Source of the DNA: a virus
Strand: one strand, 5' to 3'
Virus record (IMG/VR): IMGVR_UViG_3300049200_000099
Span: 1-64,000 of that record
DNA length: 64,000 nucleotides
Numbering within the stretch: position 1 is the first letter of the stretch; every line of letters starts with the position of its first letter. The notes under the pieces are model-generated. The model was not told where the DNA came from and made no database searches. It saw nothing but the letters and a program-made list of their open reading frames with translations. Shown in pieces: positions 59,975 through 64,000 of this stretch. The position numbers and the translations under genes were made by a program.

Positions 59975-62353
59975 TTGTCAGTACAAGAACATATACAAAG
60001 GCAAAGCAAGGTGGTCCGAGAAAACCACCTTGACTTTTTAGATCAACTCTATAGGAAGGGAGTGCCTCTTGTTGATGAGGATATCGCGCTTTTAAAAAAA
60101 CACGGATTCATAAAAGAAGAAAAGTATCAGCCTGCCGGCAAAGAGGATACTTCCCTGAAAGATTATATAAAAGATGATTTTTTAAAAACTACAGGAGAGC
60201 AGCGAGAACACGATCAGGATGTAGATATCCTTTTTGATGATAAGCAAGGAACATGCCCGCAAATTGTATTCAGTGAAGAACTGGAAGAGAGGCGCAAGAA
60301 AGGCGGATATTTATTCGAGGGACGCAATCAGGAGATCAATCGCCAGGAGTGGATGCCGGAATCCCTGACAAACCACGCAGCGGATTTTGTGGAATGGATA
60401 GACTCCATAAACTTTCTGGGCTTTAAAAAGAAAACCAACTACAGAAAATTTAATCTTTATGTACAGCAAGCCTATACCTGGTTGAATGAAAAAACAGAAT
60501 ATACAGAACATGACAACGAGGAGGACCTGGATGACTACAGGATGGAAGAACTTCGAAGGTGCTATGATAACACACTGTACTTTTTAAATAAATACGTTTA
60601 CTATAAGGAGGGTGATGATGAGTCGGGGCGCGTGAAGTATGTTGCTGCGCCGGCGCACGAAGTAATGGCATACCTAAACGACTGCGGATACTCCGTAGCT
60701 CTATTGAAGGCTAGGCAGATCGCAGCAACAACAACCCTGATGTCCTGTGATGTTAAAGATGTTGTGTTTAAGCGAAACCACTTCATGAAGTTCATCACCG
60801 AGGATCAGGAAAAAGCAGAAGAGATTTTCGAGGATAAACTTAAATACGCATTCTCCCAGCTTCCATACTGGATGAAACCGGATGTGATCAATGAGCGAGA
60901 TAATCTATTTAAACTCGGAAAAAAAGATGGCAAGGGTGAAAAAAAAGGTGTTAACTCCAGGATCCTGGTAGTGCCACCAAAACGAACAGCAGTTGCCGGT
61001 GGAGCCCCACAGAAAGTAAAAATAGATGAGGCTGGTAACATTGGTATCCTTTCTGTAATGATCAACAATGCCAGGCCTACAATGCTTTGGTTTAATCCAA
61101 AAACAAAGAAGCTGGAGATAAAACGTCAGCTATGGTTTTGGGGAACCGGTGGAGAGATGGAAAAAGGCGGAGCAGCATTCCAGTCAGAATTTATGGCCAT
61201 TGTTAACCAGTGGAAAGACAGGAATTTTGACTCTTGCATCATTCCGTTATTCTTAGACTGGACAGCAAGACCGGGTGCTACCCAGGAAGATTATGATCGT
61301 GAAAAGCGCGTTGCTTATAGCAAGGTGGGACTTGATCTTAAAAAATCCATTATCGAATTCCATCAGTCATGGCCACTTACAATGTCAGATGCCTTTATGA
61401 CCTCTGACAGAACACTCGTTGATACAGACTTTATAAATACTAATATAGAGCGCATCCGTACCGCGAAATCAAATGGTAAATTCCAGATTTTCCAACGCGG
61501 GTATTTTGAGCCGGTTTATGATTACACAGCACCAACGGATGAAAATTCAGATGTTCCATTCAAAATCATTGGGGCCAACTTCGTTCCTACAACAGATATA
61601 GACGAGCGGGCCTCGACGATAATTTTCATGCACCCAGAACATGACTGGAATAATAGATACTTTCAGGGCACCGATCCGATATCCTCAGATACCGGGCTTT
61701 CGAACATGGCCTCGGCAATTTGGGATAAACACCTAAAAACAGTGTCGGCAGTGATGGACTTCCGGACAAAAGATTACAGGTACGTATTCTTACAGTCAAC
61801 CTTGCTAGGGCTTTATTATGACACCAAAAACGAAGGAGGAGTGAATGAGCTTGTTGAAAGCAACATCGGACAGTCGTACACTCAATATAAAGAGGGCAAG
61901 GGGTGTGGTAACAAAATGACGCTTAATTACGAGCTACCTCCGTATCTGCAAAACAGAACAACAGTGAACGAGGGTGTTGGAATTGATAACCGGGGATTAA
62001 GGAATATGTCGATCATCAACAGGCTGCACGAATTGATCCAATCCTATGGTGACAAAAATTACATGGAAGTTTTCTGGGAGCAGCTGAAAACCTTTGTTTG
62101 TAATGTTTCAGAAAAATCAGGCAAAGAAATGTGGGGGCCTACCAACAGGAAGCTGTTTAAGGATGACGTTTTATTTGCAGTGGTTTATTCATATATTTGT
62201 GCTGAGCTGTGCCAATATCCTGAGCCGGAAAGCCTTAAACAAGAGGAAATGAGCTATGAAATACGTTACGAAACAATGTATGATGCCCAGTTTAATCTTG
62301 TAATGGTTCCAGTTAAAAGAATGGTATCCAAACATGGAAGAATTATTCAATAG
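59975..62353 (+). CDS. terL: terminase large subunit
   Basis: 792 aa. ATPase core LLKARQIAATTT...KVKIDEAGN, nuclease-domain start YFQGTDPISSDTGLSNMASAIWD, and a portal gene downstream. TTG start. Confidence 0.7.
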   Translation: MSVQEHIQRQSKVVRENHLDFLDQLYRKGVPLVDEDIALLKKHGFIKEEKYQPAGKEDTSLKDYIKDDFLKTTGEQREHDQDVDILFDDKQGTCPQIVFSEELEERRKKGGYLFEGRNQEINRQEWMPESLTNHAADFVEWIDSINFLGFKKKTNYRKFNLYVQQAYTWLNEKTEYTEHDNEEDLDDYRMEELRRCYDNTLYFLNKYVYYKEGDDESGRVKYVAAPAHEVMAYLNDCGYSVALLKARQIAATTTLMSCDVKDVVFKRNHFMKFITEDQEKAEEIFEDKLKYAFSQLPYWMKPDVINERDNLFKLGKKDGKGEKKGVNSRILVVPPKRTAVAGGAPQKVKIDEAGNIGILSVMINNARPTMLWFNPKTKKLEIKRQLWFWGTGGEMEKGGAAFQSEFMAIVNQWKDRNFDSCIIPLFLDWTARPGATQEDYDREKRVAYSKVGLDLKKSIIEFHQSWPLTMSDAFMTSDRTLVDTDFINTNIERIRTAKSNGKFQIFQRGYFEPVYDYTAPTDENSDVPFKIIGANFVPTTDIDERASTIIFMHPEHDWNNRYFQGTDPISSDTGLSNMASAIWDKHLKTVSAVMDFRTKDYRYVFLQSTLLGLYYDTKNEGGVNELVESNIGQSYTQYKEGKGCGNKMTLNYELPPYLQNRTTVNEGVGIDNRGLRNMSIINRLHELIQSYGDKNYMEVFWEQLKTFVCNVSEKSGKEMWGPTNRKLFKDDVLFAVVYSYICAELCQYPEPESLKQEEMSYEIRYETMYDAQFNLVMVPVKRMVSKHGRIIQ

Positions 62354-62963
62354 CCAGAAAAACCAGGAGCCCGACATTATTTTGTTCGGACCCAGAAACG
62401 GTAAAGCCCTGAAATCGCTTTATCCTGAGCTTGCCGACAACAAAAGGTTCAAAGACCTCGCTAATGAAGATTTATTGTTTGTGTGGTATTTTGCATGTAA
62501 ATCCAGCCCAATTGATGACGATTTACCAGATCACATTCGTGCAATAACATCGGTTTCTGAAACCTCATTTAAAGATCCGGATAAAAGAAAAAAGTTTTCA
62601 AACATGGAGTTTCCTGAATATATTAAGGATGCCATTATGGAAATGCGAAAATATGAACCAAAAGCCCGTGACCTAGCAAACAAAATTGTACAGCGAACAT
62701 TCAACAACTTTTTAAAGATGTCAAGCGTTAATGTGAATGAGTTTGTGAAAAAGGATGATGATGGCAACGATACAACTGAAATTGACTTTCAGGCTAGGTT
62801 GCAATATATTAATGGCCAGGAAAAAATAACCTCCATGCTTCCATCGCTTTTAGCGCAGGTAGAACAAGGTTTTGGAATCATTGATCTGAAAACCGGTAAA
62901 GAATCAGCTGGAGAAAAAACAATCGATAAGTTTCACGAACAAAAGAAAAACACCACATCATAA
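62334..62963 (+). CDS. hypothetical protein
   Basis: 209-aa ORF with a 20-nt overlap with the terminase gene. Confidence 0.45.
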   Translation: MEELFNSQKNQEPDIILFGPRNGKALKSLYPELADNKRFKDLANEDLLFVWYFACKSSPIDDDLPDHIRAITSVSETSFKDPDKRKKFSNMEFPEYIKDAIMEMRKYEPKARDLANKIVQRTFNNFLKMSSVNVNEFVKKDDDGNDTTEIDFQARLQYINGQEKITSMLPSLLAQVEQGFGIIDLKTGKESAGEKTIDKFHEQKKNTTS

Positions 62964-64000
62964 TGCTATCACTTGTAAACCCAACATCTAAAAGGCCAAG
63001 CATGTTAACCGAGTCTAAGGACGAGCAGTATCATGTGGACTTTGCACGTTATTTTGTAGGCCAGGCAAACAATCATTTTCATTCAGAATTTATTGAAAAA
63101 ATTAGAATGAATAAGGAGTTTTACAAAGGAAACCAATGGCAAAACGATGAGGACCTGGAAGCGTTTTTTAAAGACGATACCGGTCAGTCGCGTAATCGTA
63201 TTAAAATTATAAAGAACCTGATTCGTCCAATGGTGGAGCAATATCGAGGGAATGCGGTTCGTATGCAAATTAACGCGAAACTTAAAAGCACCTCGTCAAA
63301 CGCAGTATCACGAAGGGAAACAAAACTGGAAGAGATGACGTTCTATTCCAAAATTGCAAACCAACCCGAAAATCCTTATGCTGCTGACATGAAGAGCAGG
63401 CTTCCCATAGGAAATTCTGAATCTGAAACACAGCAGATTTTTGACGCTTACTGGGTAGATCGTTATGTTGAAACAATGAATGATCTTTTGGAGTATGTGG
63501 CGGAGTTAAACAGGTTTGCATCAAAGCAAGTGCATGTTGCGGAAAACCTGGCGCTCTCAGGGCTTGCAGTAATGAAAACATTTGAGTATGCAGGCCATCA
63601 AAGATTTTCGCTTGTTCCTACAGAAAACTTTTTTTGGGATCGCTCGGCACGCGAGTATGATCTATCGGACTCTGAATATGAGGGTGAATATAATTATTAC
63701 ACCCCGAGTGAGGTTTTTGAGCTTGGGAAAAACATGACCTCTGCCCAAAGAAAGGGAATAGAAAACTTTGCTAACAAATATTCTCCTACAGCTGGAGCAA
63801 TAAATCCAAACGACCAGAATCACTTCTACGGACGCGTTCCGGTGGTTGATGTGTACTGGAGAGACACAGATCACTTTGAGTTTGGGTATGTGCGAGATGA
63901 ATTTGGATACCCTATTTTTACTATGATAAACTTCACCCACGAAGGGGAAGAGGGTCCGCGCTATACCGACGATGATCTTATAAAAGTAAATACCGCTAAG
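62963..64000 (+). CDS. portal protein, N-terminal part (runs off right edge)
   Basis: From ATG 62963 (TAATG overlap) the frame is open for 346 codons to the window end. It is not in the ORF track because it has no stop. Position after terL and KEFYKGNQW-type N-terminus. Confidence 0.5.
   Translation, partial: MLSLVNPTSKRPSMLTESKDEQYHVDFARYFVGQANNHFHSEFIEKIRMNKEFYKGNQWQNDEDLEAFFKDDTGQSRNRIKIIKNLIRPMVEQYRGNAVRMQINAKLKSTSSNAVSRRETKLEEMTFYSKIANQPENPYAADMKSRLPIGNSESETQQIFDAYWVDRYVETMNDLLEYVAELNRFASKQVHVAENLALSGLAVMKTFEYAGHQRFSLVPTENFFWDRSAREYDLSDSEYEGEYNYYTPSEVFELGKNMTSAQRKGIENFANKYSPTAGAINPNDQNHFYGRVPVVDVYWRDTDHFEFGYVRDEFGYPIFTMINFTHEGEEGPRYTDDDLIKVNTAK

Noticed and set aside
1-64000. Search for CRISPR arrays, rRNA genes, transposase/IS elements, integrase, lysin/holin cassette and DNA polymerase
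   Set aside because: No regularly spaced direct repeats, rRNA-like sequence, transposase or integrase motifs were seen. Lysis and polymerase genes were not recognised and may lie outside the window or be too divergent to call by eye.

Overview
The window is most of a tailed dsDNA phage genome or prophage. Its expression signals look Bacteroidota-type: TAnnTTTG -7 boxes, A/C-rich leaders and almost no Shine-Dalgarno sites. Layout, left to right:
(1) 2-16830 (+): virion and tail-fibre block. It holds a 1390-aa and an 888-aa protein, a collagen-like fibre, a tail-collar fibre with a His-x-His array, and a Big_2 protein. It ends at a bidirectional terminator.
(2) 16866-46887 (-): about 30 kb of replication, recombination and DNA-modification genes. 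These are an SSB-like protein, VRR-NUC, primase-helicase, sliding clamp, Dam-type MTase, SNF2 helicase, SMC-like ATPase, Cas4-like nuclease, HNH endonuclease, C5-MTase, RNase H and a gamma-class N6-MTase, plus many small early genes.
(3) 46888-48108: an ORF-free divergent control region.
(4) 48109-54660 (+): an XRE regulator and middle genes.
(5) 54626-57812 (-): an opposite-strand island.
(6) 57833-58336: a promoter followed by a GC-rich structured untranslated region.
(7) 58337-64000 (+): packaging genes, with the large terminase and a portal gene running off the right edge.
No integrase, DNA polymerase, lysin, CRISPR array or rRNA was recognised.
Most unusual observations:
- The C5-methyltransferase locus is open in two frames for about 1 kb, and both frames carry methyltransferase-like motifs.
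- A minus-strand RNA locus (31192-31611) has two tRNA-shaped elements, one lacking any anticodon arm, flanking a GNRA/UUCG-tetraloop-rich structured RNA.
- A strong promoter feeds about 470 nt of GC-rich structured RNA ahead of the packaging genes.
- Six consecutive fibre-module genes carry terminal Cys clusters.
- An A7-run frameshift sits in an otherwise unannotated gap.
- A CCACACCAC box abuts five early start codons.
All functional calls come from motif recognition by eye. No searches were run.
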